Assembly (NCBI GenBank): GCA_964503145.1
Contig: CAZCYV010000010.1
Span: 8,613-72,612, forward strand
Direction: 5' to 3'
DNA length: 64,000 nt
Source of the DNA: an uncultured Anaerolinea sp.
Lineage (GTDB): Bacteria; Chloroflexota; Anaerolineae; Anaerolineales; UBA4823
Position numbers and translations under genes: made by a program
Shown: in pieces, positions 1-9,616 of the stretch
Layout: every line of letters begins with the position of its first letter
Numbering within the stretch: the stretch's first letter is position 1
The notes under the pieces: generated by a model
The model's database searches: none
The model's input: the letters and a program-made list of their open reading frames with translations, nothing else
Told to the model about the DNA's origin: nothing

Positions 1-2124
1 TCAGGTCTTCAGCCTGGCGCGGGCGTCCAGGGCCAGCGCGCCCTGCCCAACGCCCAAAACCCGCAAGGGGTTGATCTCGATCTCGGCCAGTTCGGGGAAG
101 TCCGCCGCCAGTTGCGCCACGCGGCGCAAAGCCTCCAAAACGCTCTCACGGTCCGCCGGCGGCAGGTTACGGTAGCCCTTCAACCTGCGCCCGGCCCAGG
201 TGCTCTCCAGCAAAAACTCGCCTTCTTCTTCGGTCATCGGCGCCAGGGCGAAGGCCACATCTTTCAGCCCCTCCACCTCGGTGCCGCCGGAGCCGAACAT
301 CACCAACGGGCCGAACTGCTGGTCCTGAACCGCGCCGATGATCACATCCTGGCCGCCGCGGGTCATGGCCTGGACGTAGACGCCGTCGATCCGCGCTTCT
401 GGCCGCGCCTGCCGGGCGCTTTCGATGATCTGGATAAAGCCTAGCTGGACTTCGGCTGGGTTTTGCAGGTTGAGCAGCACGCCGTTGACATCCGATTTGT
501 GCGGGATATCTGGCGAGGCGATTTTCAGCGCCACCGGCAAACCCACCTGCCGCGCCAACTCGACCGCCTGCTCGGGCGAGGTCGCCAGGCGGGTATCAGG
601 CGTGCGCAGGCCATAAACTGCCAAAATTTTCTCTAAAGCCTGCCCCGGCAAAAAGCCCTCCGCCTGGGGATGGGAAGCTAGATAAGCAGCTAAAATCTCC
701 CTGGCCTGTTCCTTCGCCCCTTCGCAGCAGGGCAAAGGCGATTGAGCGGCCCGGGCAAGGTATTCGGCGCGCCGCGCCAGCACAGCCAGCGCCGAAGCTG
801 CCCGCTCCGGAAAGCGGTATTCGGGGACGCGCGCGGCGCGCAGATGCTCCACTGCCTCCTGGATCAGGCGCTCGCCCATCAGGGCAAACACCACCGGCTT
901 CTCGGCGCTGTGGATCACCGGGATCACCGCTTTGGCCACCGCTCCGGCGGTGTACATCGGCGGCGGCGGCAGGATCAGCATCACCGCATCGACGCCGGGA
1001 TCCTCGAGCAGGATGCGCAGACAGTGGGCGTACTGCTCCGGCGAGGCCGATGCCAGCATGTCCACCGGGTTGTGCAGGCTGGCGGCTGGCGGCAGCGCCG
1101 CCGCCAGCGCGGCGCGAGTGGTCTGGCCCAGCTCCGCCAGGCGCATGCCGTTGGCCTCTAAGGCGTCGGCGGCGGTCACCCCGGGACCGCCAGCGTTGGT
1201 CAGCACCGCCACACGGCGGCCGCGCGGCGGCGGGCACCAGGCCAGGGCGCGCGCCCAATCGAACATCTCCTCGCTGGTCTCGGCGCGGATCACCCCGGCG
1301 CGGCGAAAGGCAGCATTGAAGGCGTTTTCCTGGCCGGCCAGCGCGCCGGTGTGCGAGGCGACAGCCCGCTGGCCGCTGGCAAAGCGCCCCACCTTCAGGG
1401 CGATGATCGGTTTTTGGCGAGTGATCTGGCTGGCTTGCTCCACGAAGCGCCGCCCATCGCTGACGCCTTCGAGATACAGGGTCAGCACCCGGGTGAACGG
1501 GTCTGCCGCCACTGGCGAGAGCACATCGGTTTCGTTCACGTCGGCCTGGTTGCCCAGGCTGACCAGGCGAGACAGGCCAAAGCTCTGGCCGCGCGCCCAG
1601 TCGATCACCGCCGCGCAGATGGCGCCGGAATGTGAAATAAACGCCACATCTCCAGGCAGTGGCCCCGGCGGAGGCAGAAAAGTGGCGTCCATCGGAAGAT
1701 GGGTATCCAACAAACCGATGCAGTTGGGGCCGATCAGGCGCATGCCGAAGGAGCGGGCGATGCGCAGGCATTCGGCCTCAAGCCGGGCGCCTTCTGAACC
1801 GGTCTCGCGGAACCCACCCGAGCCGATGATGACCGCCTTCAGCCCCCGCCGGCCGCAATCCTGCAGCGCCTGGGGGATGGCCGGCGCAGGGATGAGTAAG
1901 ATCGCCAGATCGAGCGGGTCAGGGGCGTCGAGGATCGAAGGATACATTGGGCGGCCCAACAAACGGCCGCCCTTGGGGTTGATGAAATGCACCGCCCCCT
2001 GATAGTTGCTCTGTACCAGGTTGCGCGCCAGCCCGTAGCCCAGCTTGGTCGGATCTTGCGAAGCGCCAATGATGGCAATGCCTGTCGGGGTGAAGAAGGG
2101 AACGAGCGAGGGGTGAATTTGCAT
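1..2124 (-). CDS. Acetate/acyl-CoA ligase (ADP-forming), fused alpha-beta subunits
   Basis: 707-aa ORF with CoA-binding N-terminus (IAIIGASQDPTKLG, GPNCIG), ligase domain with the phospho-His motif SHTGALAG, and C-terminal ATP-grasp (VALKIASPDIPHKSDVNGV, EIEINPL). Confidence 0.92.
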   Translation of the reverse strand: MQIHPSLVPFFTPTGIAIIGASQDPTKLGYGLARNLVQSNYQGAVHFINPKGGRLLGRPMYPSILDAPDPLDLAILLIPAPAIPQALQDCGRRGLKAVIIGSGGFRETGSEGARLEAECLRIARSFGMRLIGPNCIGLLDTHLPMDATFLPPPGPLPGDVAFISHSGAICAAVIDWARGQSFGLSRLVSLGNQADVNETDVLSPVAADPFTRVLTLYLEGVSDGRRFVEQASQITRQKPIIALKVGRFASGQRAVASHTGALAGQENAFNAAFRRAGVIRAETSEEMFDWARALAWCPPPRGRRVAVLTNAGGPGVTAADALEANGMRLAELGQTTRAALAAALPPAASLHNPVDMLASASPEQYAHCLRILLEDPGVDAVMLILPPPPMYTAGAVAKAVIPVIHSAEKPVVFALMGERLIQEAVEHLRAARVPEYRFPERAASALAVLARRAEYLARAAQSPLPCCEGAKEQAREILAAYLASHPQAEGFLPGQALEKILAVYGLRTPDTRLATSPEQAVELARQVGLPVALKIASPDIPHKSDVNGVLLNLQNPAEVQLGFIQIIESARQARPEARIDGVYVQAMTRGGQDVIIGAVQDQQFGPLVMFGSGGTEVEGLKDVAFALAPMTEEEGEFLLESTWAGRRLKGYRNLPPADRESVLEALRRVAQLAADFPELAEIEINPLRVLGVGQGALALDARARLKT

Positions 2125-2159
2125 CGGCGTCTCGGATGAATGCAGTGGGGATTATAACG

Positions 2160-2200
2160 AAAAAGCGCCCTGGCGGAGAAACCATTCTGGCCAGGGCGCT
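2160..2200 (-). terminator. Rho-independent terminator after the GAF-PAS kinase
   Basis: 11-bp stem AGCGCCCTGGC (2164-2174) / GCCAGGGCGCT (2190-2200), followed on the minus strand by a U-run, just downstream of the 2215 stop. Confidence 0.7.
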
Positions 2201-2214
2201 CGAACGACGACATT

Positions 2215-3906
2215 CTATGAGGCGGGCAAGACGACGGTGAAGGTGCTGCCGACGCCCACCTGGCTCTCCACCGCAATGCGCCCGCCATGCTGGCGGATGA
2301 TGCGATGGCTGACCGAAAGTCCCAGGCCGGTGCCGCGGCCGGCGGCTTTAGTGGTGTAAAACGGCTCGAAGATGCGCGTCAGGCGGTCGGAGGGGATGCC
2401 TTTGCCGTTATCCGACACCCGCACGTGGATCTCGTCGCCCAGGCGCATGGTGGCGATGTGTATCTCCGCCGGGGTCTTGTCCAGCGAATCGATCGCGTTG
2501 AGCAGCAAATTCAGCCATACGCTTTGCAAGTGATCCTGGCTGGCCAGAATAGGGGCCAGATTAGGATCGGGATTGAATTCGAGGTGGATGCCGCGCGCCA
2601 GGATTTCGTGTTGAACCAGCTCCAGGGCGCGCTCCAGAGTCTCGTTGAGGTTGGTCACGCCCAGATGGTATTCCTCTTTGCGGGCGAAATCGAGCAGATT
2701 GCGCACCACCTGGGTGGCACGCGCGCCGGCGCGGGCGATCAGGTCGACCGATTCCTGCAAATCCGAGTTTGCGGGCAGTTCGCGGTGCAGAATCTGAGCG
2801 TTGGCGATGATCGCAGTCAGCGGATTGTTGATTTCATGCGCCACGCCGGCAGCCAACTGACCGATCGCCGCCAGTTTTTCGGATTGGGTCAGAATGGCCT
2901 CCAGGCGGCGGCGCTCGGTTACATCCTGTTCCATCAGCACCGCCTGGATGACTTGCTCATTGTCATCCAGGATGGGGTAGGTGTTGATCTCCCATTCGAA
3001 GACATCGTCGCCAACTTCGCGGCGCTCGGTGCGCTGGGTGGGTCGCCCGGTCTCCAATGTTTCCCGCACACGGCATTCCGGGCAAGGCTCATTTCGATTG
3101 AACAGAGCCTGGTAGCACGTCAATCCGACCAGCGAGCGCGGCGTTTGACCCATTCGTTGGGTGCGAGTTCGGTTGATCGCCATCAGGCGGTAATCGCCAT
3201 CGATGGTGTACAGCGCAGCCGGCAAATGGTCGAACAAGGCGCGCAGCGTGTTGCGCGAGCCGATCAACTCCCAGCGCCCGGCCACCAGGTCGGCATTGGT
3301 CAGCTTAAGCTGCTGCATCAACCTGGTGCCGTTCATCGCCAGAGCGGCCTGGGAGGCAACGACCTTCAACAGTTCTTGATCGGCCGGCTCGAACGCGCCA
3401 GAGCGCTTGTTGATCGCCTTGATCACACCTAAAGGCCGATCCTCCACGATCAGCGGAGCGCAAAGCAGGTTGCGCACAATTAAATCCCCCTGTCCATCGC
3501 ACCCAGGGCGGTAGCGCGGGTTTCGGCTACCATCGTTGGCAACCAGCGGCTTGCCGCTGCGCAGACATTCCGCCAGTAAGCTTTGACTTTCAAAGGGATT
3601 GACCTGATATGCCCAATCTGCGTCGCCGGTTTCTGGCCCCAACGATTTAGACACAATCCAGCCATCCTGCGGCTCGTTCAGGAGCGCCAGAGCCACCACC
3701 TCGCAATCCATCAACTGGCTGACACCGCGCACCAACCGCGTCTGCAACTTCTCAGCGTCGCCTTCGAAGCCCAAGCGGGTCAAATCCAGCTGCAGACTTA
3801 CCAGCGACTCGCTTGCCTGCACATCCCGGCGAGATTCAGCGGCGCGCGCCGCTGAGGCGTCGGGCGGCGGAGGGGATTCTGTAGAGGAGGAGTTTATCTC
3901 AGCCAT
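2215..3906 (-). CDS. GAF-PAS sensor histidine kinase (cytoplasmic, NtrB-like)
   Basis: GAF (LLCAPLIVEDRPLGVIKAIN), PAS, H-box AHEINNPL, N-box NLLLNAIDS, G1 DNGKGI, F FEPFYTTK, G2 GTGLGLS; all intact. Confidence 0.93.
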   Translation of the reverse strand: MAEINSSSTESPPPPDASAARAAESRRDVQASESLVSLQLDLTRLGFEGDAEKLQTRLVRGVSQLMDCEVVALALLNEPQDGWIVSKSLGPETGDADWAYQVNPFESQSLLAECLRSGKPLVANDGSRNPRYRPGCDGQGDLIVRNLLCAPLIVEDRPLGVIKAINKRSGAFEPADQELLKVVASQAALAMNGTRLMQQLKLTNADLVAGRWELIGSRNTLRALFDHLPAALYTIDGDYRLMAINRTRTQRMGQTPRSLVGLTCYQALFNRNEPCPECRVRETLETGRPTQRTERREVGDDVFEWEINTYPILDDNEQVIQAVLMEQDVTERRRLEAILTQSEKLAAIGQLAAGVAHEINNPLTAIIANAQILHRELPANSDLQESVDLIARAGARATQVVRNLLDFARKEEYHLGVTNLNETLERALELVQHEILARGIHLEFNPDPNLAPILASQDHLQSVWLNLLLNAIDSLDKTPAEIHIATMRLGDEIHVRVSDNGKGIPSDRLTRIFEPFYTTKAAGRGTGLGLSVSHRIIRQHGGRIAVESQVGVGSTFTVVLPAS

Positions 3907-3918
3907 CCGATGAAATTC

Positions 3919-4698
3919 TTACCGGGCCGAAGCTTCTGTCGCTGGCTGCAAGCCGACCGTATAGCCCCGGCCTGGAATCGTACGGATGAAATCAGGGGCG
4001 CGAGGGTCTTCTTCAATGCGCTCGCGCAAAGTTTTGATGTGAACGCGCACCAGGTCCGGGCTGCCCTTGCCGTTGGGAAAATCCCACACCTCATCCAGCA
4101 AACGGGCGGGTGAAAAGGCCTCATTGGGGTGCGTCATCAGATGGTAGAGCAAATCATATTGCAAGGGGGTCAGGCGCACCCTTCCGCGGCTGGGAGTATC
4201 CAGTTCGAAGGTGCGGGTATCCAACACAAAGCCGCCGAGCGACAGGCAATAGGGTGAGGCTTGCGGCGTCGGTTCGGCAGGCGAGCGCGATTCATGTTGC
4301 CGCGAATCGCGCCTGGTCTGAGGGAGAGTGCGCCGCAAGATCGCCTGCACGCGCAGGATCAGCTCATTGACATTGAAGGGCTTGCACAGGTAATCGTCAG
4401 CGCCAGCGTTGAAACCGGCGATTTTATCCTGGGCTTTTACTTTAGCCGTCAGGAACAGGATCGGGATATGAGCCAGGGCGGGGTCGGCGCGCATCGCCCG
4501 GCAAACCTGATAGCCGTCCATTTCAGGCATGATGATATCCAGGATCACCAGGTCGGGAGGATTCTGGCGCGCCATGTACAGGCCCTTCTCGCCGCGGCTG
4601 GCGAGGGTGACGCGAAAGTCATCGCTGCGCAGGCTCCGTTCGATGGTGCGGGCAACGATGTAATCATCTTCAATCACCAGGATGTTCGCCGGTTGCAT
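3919..4698 (-). CDS. OmpR/PhoB-family response regulator
   Basis: Receiver (ILVIEDD...LVILDIIMPEMDG...KPF) plus winged helix (LTPLQYDLL, VRVHIKTLRERIE, IRTIPGRGY). Confidence 0.93.
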   Translation of the reverse strand: MQPANILVIEDDYIVARTIERSLRSDDFRVTLASRGEKGLYMARQNPPDLVILDIIMPEMDGYQVCRAMRADPALAHIPILFLTAKVKAQDKIAGFNAGADDYLCKPFNVNELILRVQAILRRTLPQTRRDSRQHESRSPAEPTPQASPYCLSLGGFVLDTRTFELDTPSRGRVRLTPLQYDLLYHLMTHPNEAFSPARLLDEVWDFPNGKGSPDLVRVHIKTLRERIEEDPRAPDFIRTIPGRGYTVGLQPATEASAR

Positions 4699-4709
4699 AG
4701 GTCCTCCGT

Positions 4710-6626
4710 CTATTCTGCCGCCGCAGGCAGAGACACAAGAATGATTGTATCATGGTCATCGGCGCTCTCCGCAGTGATCTGTCCTCCGTGCTGACGGACG
4801 ATCTCACGACAAATGCTCAGTTCCATCCCTGTGCCGCGCCCACTGGTGGGGCCGACGAAGTTAGGCTCGAAGATGGTAGCCAGTTGTTCGGCAGGGATGG
4901 GGCAGCCATTGTCCCGGATTTCCACAAGCACTTCTGAGAGCTGTTCGGAGCGCGAGGTCACGCAAATTTTTGGGGGATGCTCATTGTTCGTCTGAGCCGC
5001 CATGGCGTCGCGCGCCAAAAGCAACAGATTGACCCATAAGCTCTCCAGTTGTTGGGCGTTGCCGCGGATGAGCGGCAGCCCATCGCTCAGGCGAGCCTCA
5101 AGCTGTCCGCCGATCGACTCGATGCTGGCGTGCACCAGAGTGAGCGCGCTTTGGATGGTCTCGTTCACCGAAAGCATGCTGAGCGTCTCGGTCGCCGGGC
5201 GAGAGAACTCCATCAGGCGCTGGACGACTTTTTGCAGGCGCCAGCCGGCTTGCTCGATGGCTTCGGCCGATTCGCGCCCGGGCTGGTGAGCGGGGAGCTG
5301 GCGCAACAAGATCTGCGCATCGGCAATGATCGTCGTGAGCGGGTTGTAGATCTGATGAGCAACGCCTGAAGCCACTTCACCGATGGTAGCCATACGCGCC
5401 GCGTGCACCAGATGCGCCTGGGCTGCCTGAATCTGAGCTTCCAGGCGTTTGCGGTCGGTGATGTCTCGACCAACGGATTGATACTCGAAGATGCGTCCCC
5501 GATCGTCGAAAATCGCTCGGTCGGTGCGCTGCAGCCAGCGCAGGCCGTCCCCAGGCAAGTGAATTTGGTGCTCCAGGGTTCCCACCGGTTTGGCCGCGCT
5601 AAAGGCGCTTAAATGTTGGATCAGCCGGGGGCGCTCATTTTCCGGGACAAAATACAGGAAATTCATCCCCAACAGTTCATCACGACTTTTGCCAAAGTAA
5701 CGACAATAGACTTCATTGACAAAAGTAAGCGTACCATTGGGCTTGAAGCGGCAAATTAGCTCCGTCTGATAATCTTCCACAATCGCCCGATAGCGGGCTT
5801 CACTTTCCCTCAAAGCCCGTTCCGCCTGGACGCGGCGGGTGATATCATGAGAGACATCCATGTAACCCAGCAAGCGCTCGGGACGGTCGTCGTCGCGTAA
5901 AATGGTGACGCGTGAACTGACCCAAATCGTTTTGCCATCGCGGCCCTGGAACTGGCGCACGACATGCGGGCTGACAGTTTCGCCTTCTTTCGGTACAGCG
6001 ACGGGTGGGTCGAAAGCCGCTAAGTAAACACTGGCCACAGGTTGTCCCAGGCGCTCTGTGGCCGGGTAGCCAAAGAGCGCCTCGGCAGCCGGATTCCAAT
6101 ACGTGATCTGACCGGCCAAATCCCAAACCACGATGGCGTCGCGCACGTTATTGAGCAGCGTCGCCTGGTAACGAATCTGCTCCTGGGTGCGCTGGATGGA
6201 GAGTTTGAGCTGGTGCGCCTGGACTGTCTTGTGGATCAGTGCAGGCAGGGTGATCAGATAATCGCCGCTCTTGAGCAGATAATCAGCCGCGCCATGCTGA
6301 ATGGCCTGTACCGCGACGCGCTCATTCCCCTGGCCGGTGACCATGACCACCGGGATTTGATGCCCACGCTGAGCCAACTGATCCAGCAATTCCAGGCCGG
6401 TGCCATCCGGCAGCCGATAATCCAATAAGATGATGTCATAGGGGCGTTCGCCGAGGCGCTGCCAGGTTGTCTGAAGGTCGGTCGCATGGTCGATATCCCG
6501 ATAACCGGCGATGCGCAAGAACTCGCCGACCATCTCGGCTTGAGCAAAGTCATCATCAATGATTAGGACGCGGTAAGTGTTGGTCATCCTGGTCAGAAGG
6601 CGGCGATGGGTATCACCCCATATCAA
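4710..6626 (-). CDS. Receiver-PAS-PAS histidine-kinase-like protein with degenerate ATPase domain (start may be 6587)
   Basis: N-terminal REC (IIDDD, LLDYRLPDG, LLK), two PAS domains, H-box AHQIYNPL; N-box NLLLLARDA and G2 GTGMELS are non-canonical. Confidence 0.85.
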   Translation of the reverse strand: MIWGDTHRRLLTRMTNTYRVLIIDDDFAQAEMVGEFLRIAGYRDIDHATDLQTTWQRLGERPYDIILLDYRLPDGTGLELLDQLAQRGHQIPVVMVTGQGNERVAVQAIQHGAADYLLKSGDYLITLPALIHKTVQAHQLKLSIQRTQEQIRYQATLLNNVRDAIVVWDLAGQITYWNPAAEALFGYPATERLGQPVASVYLAAFDPPVAVPKEGETVSPHVVRQFQGRDGKTIWVSSRVTILRDDDRPERLLGYMDVSHDITRRVQAERALRESEARYRAIVEDYQTELICRFKPNGTLTFVNEVYCRYFGKSRDELLGMNFLYFVPENERPRLIQHLSAFSAAKPVGTLEHQIHLPGDGLRWLQRTDRAIFDDRGRIFEYQSVGRDITDRKRLEAQIQAAQAHLVHAARMATIGEVASGVAHQIYNPLTTIIADAQILLRQLPAHQPGRESAEAIEQAGWRLQKVVQRLMEFSRPATETLSMLSVNETIQSALTLVHASIESIGGQLEARLSDGLPLIRGNAQQLESLWVNLLLLARDAMAAQTNNEHPPKICVTSRSEQLSEVLVEIRDNGCPIPAEQLATIFEPNFVGPTSGRGTGMELSICREIVRQHGGQITAESADDHDTIILVSLPAAAE

Positions 6627-6752
6627 TTCATGTCATGTCCCATGTAAGCATATCCGCAGGCAGGAGAAAAATCCATAAAGAACGCGTAAAGATTTTACGC
6701 GCCTCGTAAAAGTCACAGTAAACCTGGCAAGCAACCGGTGGAAAGTTCGAGG

Positions 6753-8108
6753 TTAGGGGGGCAGGGTGGGCGGGGTGGGCGTCATGGTCGCCGCCCAGAT
6801 CTCGATCGAATCAATCTGAGCTGGATCACTGCAGCCCGGGGGCGCGGCGATGCGCACGTAGCGATAGACTCCGTTGACGTGGATTTGGATGCCCCAACCG
6901 TTGTACAGGTCTGCCGGAGGGATAGCCGCATTGGGCAACTCAGGCGGGAAATAAGTTGGAGGAACGCTGCCATTGTTCGTGCTGTCGCTATCACCCCAGT
7001 AAAAGATACGCCGAGGCCAGGGAGTCGGCCAGGGGTGTGGCTCAGCATCGCTCAGATCGATGATCACCCAGTCCAGGCAGATGCCGCCATTGCAGCCGGT
7101 CGGATTCAGAAATTCATAGAAGATCAGCGTGCCAATTTGAGTTGGCCCTCCCAGGTCCAGGATCACCCCGGAGTCGCACAGGATGTTATAGTACAGGCCA
7201 TCTGGCGTGCCGGTGTTGATTGACGTGGGAATCGGGGTATTAGTAAGGGTAGGGGTAGAGGTGAATGTAGGAGTGAGCGTCGGGGTGAATGTATGCGTCG
7301 GCGTGGGGGTATGGGTGTGAGTGGCAGTGGGGGTAGGTGTGTCGGTCTGCGTGGCGGTGGCTGTAGGGGTTGGCGTCAGCGTAGCGGTCGAAGTGTTTGT
7401 CGGGGTTAAGGTCCAGGTGGCCGTATTAGTCGGGGTCGGTGTGCGCGTCGGAGTGGCGGTCGAGGTGCTCGATGGCGTTAAGGTCCGAGTAAAAGTGGCA
7501 GTATTCGTGGGCGTGAGCGTGGCTGTTGCCGTGCGGGTGGGAGTGCGCGTCGCGGTTGGCGTACGCGTGGGCGAATCGGTGCGTGTGGGGCGGGGGTTGC
7601 CAGGGCGCCGTGTAGGGGTCGGCGAGGCCTGAGGGATCATCGAGGTCGCTGAAGGCTGGATAGGGGTGGGAAAAACGACCTGCGGTGTATTCGTTGGCCT
7701 GCGAACCCGGGTGGGTGGAGGCGCAACCGGCGAAGGAGGGGACGCCGCAGTGGGCGTGGCGCTGGGCGTCGCACTGGGGGCATAAGGCAACTCGGATGTC
7801 GGCCAATAATTGCCGATGACCACGACTTGAGTGGACAAAGCGGGGTTCTCATTGACCAGTTCTTCGAGAAGCGCCTCATCGAGCGGCCTGAAAGCGAGCG
7901 ATTCCCACAGGCCATAGTCTGCCTTTAGCCCCGAGCGCATGTCTCCCGCCTCGATCCTGGAGGGAAACCACAAAGCCAGTTGTCCGGAGCAGAACAGGGT
8001 CGCGATCACCAGCAGCGCCACAATCAGCCAGAACACCCAAAAGCGATCGGGGTGCTCTTGAGTAATTTGCTCCTGGCTCGGCTCGACTGGAAGAGTCTCG
8101 CCCGACAT
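6753..8108 (-). CDS. Membrane-anchored Thr/Pro-rich stalk protein with C-terminal Cys-containing extracellular domain
   Basis: Hydrophobic segment [17 protein letters not shown], long (TPT/TAT)n tract, globular domain ending [23 protein letters not shown]; SD GGAG before the ATG. Confidence 0.75.
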   Translation of the reverse strand: MSGETLPVEPSQEQITQEHPDRFWVFWLIVALLVIATLFCSGQLALWFPSRIEAGDMRSGLKADYGLWESLAFRPLDEALLEELVNENPALSTQVVVIGNYWPTSELPYAPSATPSATPTAASPPSPVAPPPTRVRRPTNTPQVVFPTPIQPSATSMIPQASPTPTRRPGNPRPTRTDSPTRTPTATRTPTRTATATLTPTNTATFTRTLTPSSTSTATPTRTPTPTNTATWTLTPTNTSTATLTPTPTATATQTDTPTPTATHTHTPTPTHTFTPTLTPTFTSTPTLTNTPIPTSINTGTPDGLYYNILCDSGVILDLGGPTQIGTLIFYEFLNPTGCNGGICLDWVIIDLSDAEPHPWPTPWPRRIFYWGDSDSTNNGSVPPTYFPPELPNAAIPPADLYNGWGIQIHVNGVYRYVRIAAPPGCSDPAQIDSIEIWAATMTPTPPTLPP

Positions 8109-8146
8109 CGTACGCTCCTTGTAGACAGTCCAGAACGACGTTTACC

Positions 8147-9616
8147 CTATGCAACCGGAGCAGACGAGGTCGCCCTGGCCGGCAAGCAAACCATGATCGT
8201 GCTACCTCGCGGCCCCTCGCCTCCGATCCACAACTGTCCATCCAGGCGTTCCAGGATCGACCTGGCGCGCATCAACTCAAGGCCAAGGTTTCCCGGGGCG
8301 GTCATTGCATCCGATGTCAGACGATGTACGGATTGATCGAAAGCCTGCATCGGATTGGTGTCCTCCGCGCGGGGGCCGCTGTCGCTGATCTCAATCCACA
8401 CCTGGTCACTCAGGGCGCGGGCCGTCACGCGTACTTCGCCACGCGCAGGGCTGCGCATGATCGCCCGCCGGAGGAGGATATTGAGCAACTGGGTCACCAT
8501 CTCAGGGTCAGTTTGCACCACCGGCAGGGCATCGATCTGGCGCACGGTCAACCGCCCGCCGCCCTGCTGATAGCGTTTGACCGTGTTATCCTCCGGCAAA
8601 GCCTGCAACAGCTTCTCCAGGTTGACAATTGCCGGGCGCGGGCTGCGGCTAGAGTCCACCTGGGCTACGGCGAGCAGTTCATCGCCCCAAGACTGGAGGC
8701 GTTCCCAAACTTTATTCAGGCGAAAAACGCTGGAAGCAACGCGCTCATCTTGCGGAACGCGCAGGTTGAGATCCACCAGGGCGTTCATCGCCTCGGCCAG
8801 CAGCAAGCGGATTTTGTTAATCACCTCCGCCATGGCCTGGGTCTTGAGCTTTTCTTGCTGTTTGAGGGCCGTCACATCGCGCAACGCCATCACCCAGCCC
8901 GGCTGGTCGGCGCCGCCTTCGAGCAGAGGCGTCAGACTGACCATGTACGAGGCGTCTGCGCTCCACTGCAAATCCAGGGTTGCCGGAAAGCGACCGCCGA
9001 CCACCTTCCAGTTCTCCACGATGCTCACCAGGCGCGGCGGTAGCACCTGCATCGCCTGCCCACCAACCAGGTCCTCGCGGCCCAGCAGGCGCATCGCCGC
9101 CGGGTTGGCCACCGTGATCACCCCCTGGGCAGAGGCGGCCAGGATGGCTTCGCCAACGCTATCCACCAGCGTTTTCAAGCGCTCAGCTTCGGCCTGGATT
9201 TGCGCCTGTAGCGCAGCCCGCTCCATCACCAGCCTGCGGTGGGCAATGGCTCGCTCCACAATCACCGACAACTGCTGCAGCGATTCCAGCGGCTTGAGCA
9301 GATAATCCCAGGCATGCCCGTCGCGCATCGCCGCAATGGCAGTCTCGATGCTGCCCGCAGCGGTGATGACAATGATCTCGATGTACGGATCCATCTCCCG
9401 CGCCTGACGCAGCAGGTCCATCCCGCTCATATTCGGCATCATCAGGTCGGTGAGAAGCACTGCAAAAGGCGGGGAGGTCTGCAAGGCCTGTAAACCCTGT
9501 AACCCATCCAGCGCGGTCTCCACCTGGTAGCCGCTGCGCTCCAGCGCTTTGGACAACAGGAAGAGAATATTTTCGTCGTCATCGACGATCAGGATGCGTT
9601 GCCTTTCGTCGCTCAC
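8147..9616 (-). CDS. Receiver-PAS protein with a His-less pseudo-histidine-kinase domain
   Basis: Intact REC (IVDDD, LTDLMMPNMSG, LLKP); H-box position reads INKIRLLL; N-box NILLRRAIM; SDSGP retained. Confidence 0.85.
   Translation of the reverse strand: MSDERQRILIVDDDENILFLLSKALERSGYQVETALDGLQGLQALQTSPPFAVLLTDLMMPNMSGMDLLRQAREMDPYIEIIVITAAGSIETAIAAMRDGHAWDYLLKPLESLQQLSVIVERAIAHRRLVMERAALQAQIQAEAERLKTLVDSVGEAILAASAQGVITVANPAAMRLLGREDLVGGQAMQVLPPRLVSIVENWKVVGGRFPATLDLQWSADASYMVSLTPLLEGGADQPGWVMALRDVTALKQQEKLKTQAMAEVINKIRLLLAEAMNALVDLNLRVPQDERVASSVFRLNKVWERLQSWGDELLAVAQVDSSRSPRPAIVNLEKLLQALPEDNTVKRYQQGGGRLTVRQIDALPVVQTDPEMVTQLLNILLRRAIMRSPARGEVRVTARALSDQVWIEISDSGPRAEDTNPMQAFDQSVHRLTSDAMTAPGNLGLELMRARSILERLDGQLWIGGEGPRGSTIMVCLPARATSSAPVA

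Noticed and set aside
7200-7780. Low-complexity repeat-like DNA
   Set aside because: It encodes the Thr/Pro stalk; there are no fixed-length repeats with unique spacers, so it is not a CRISPR array or VNTR.
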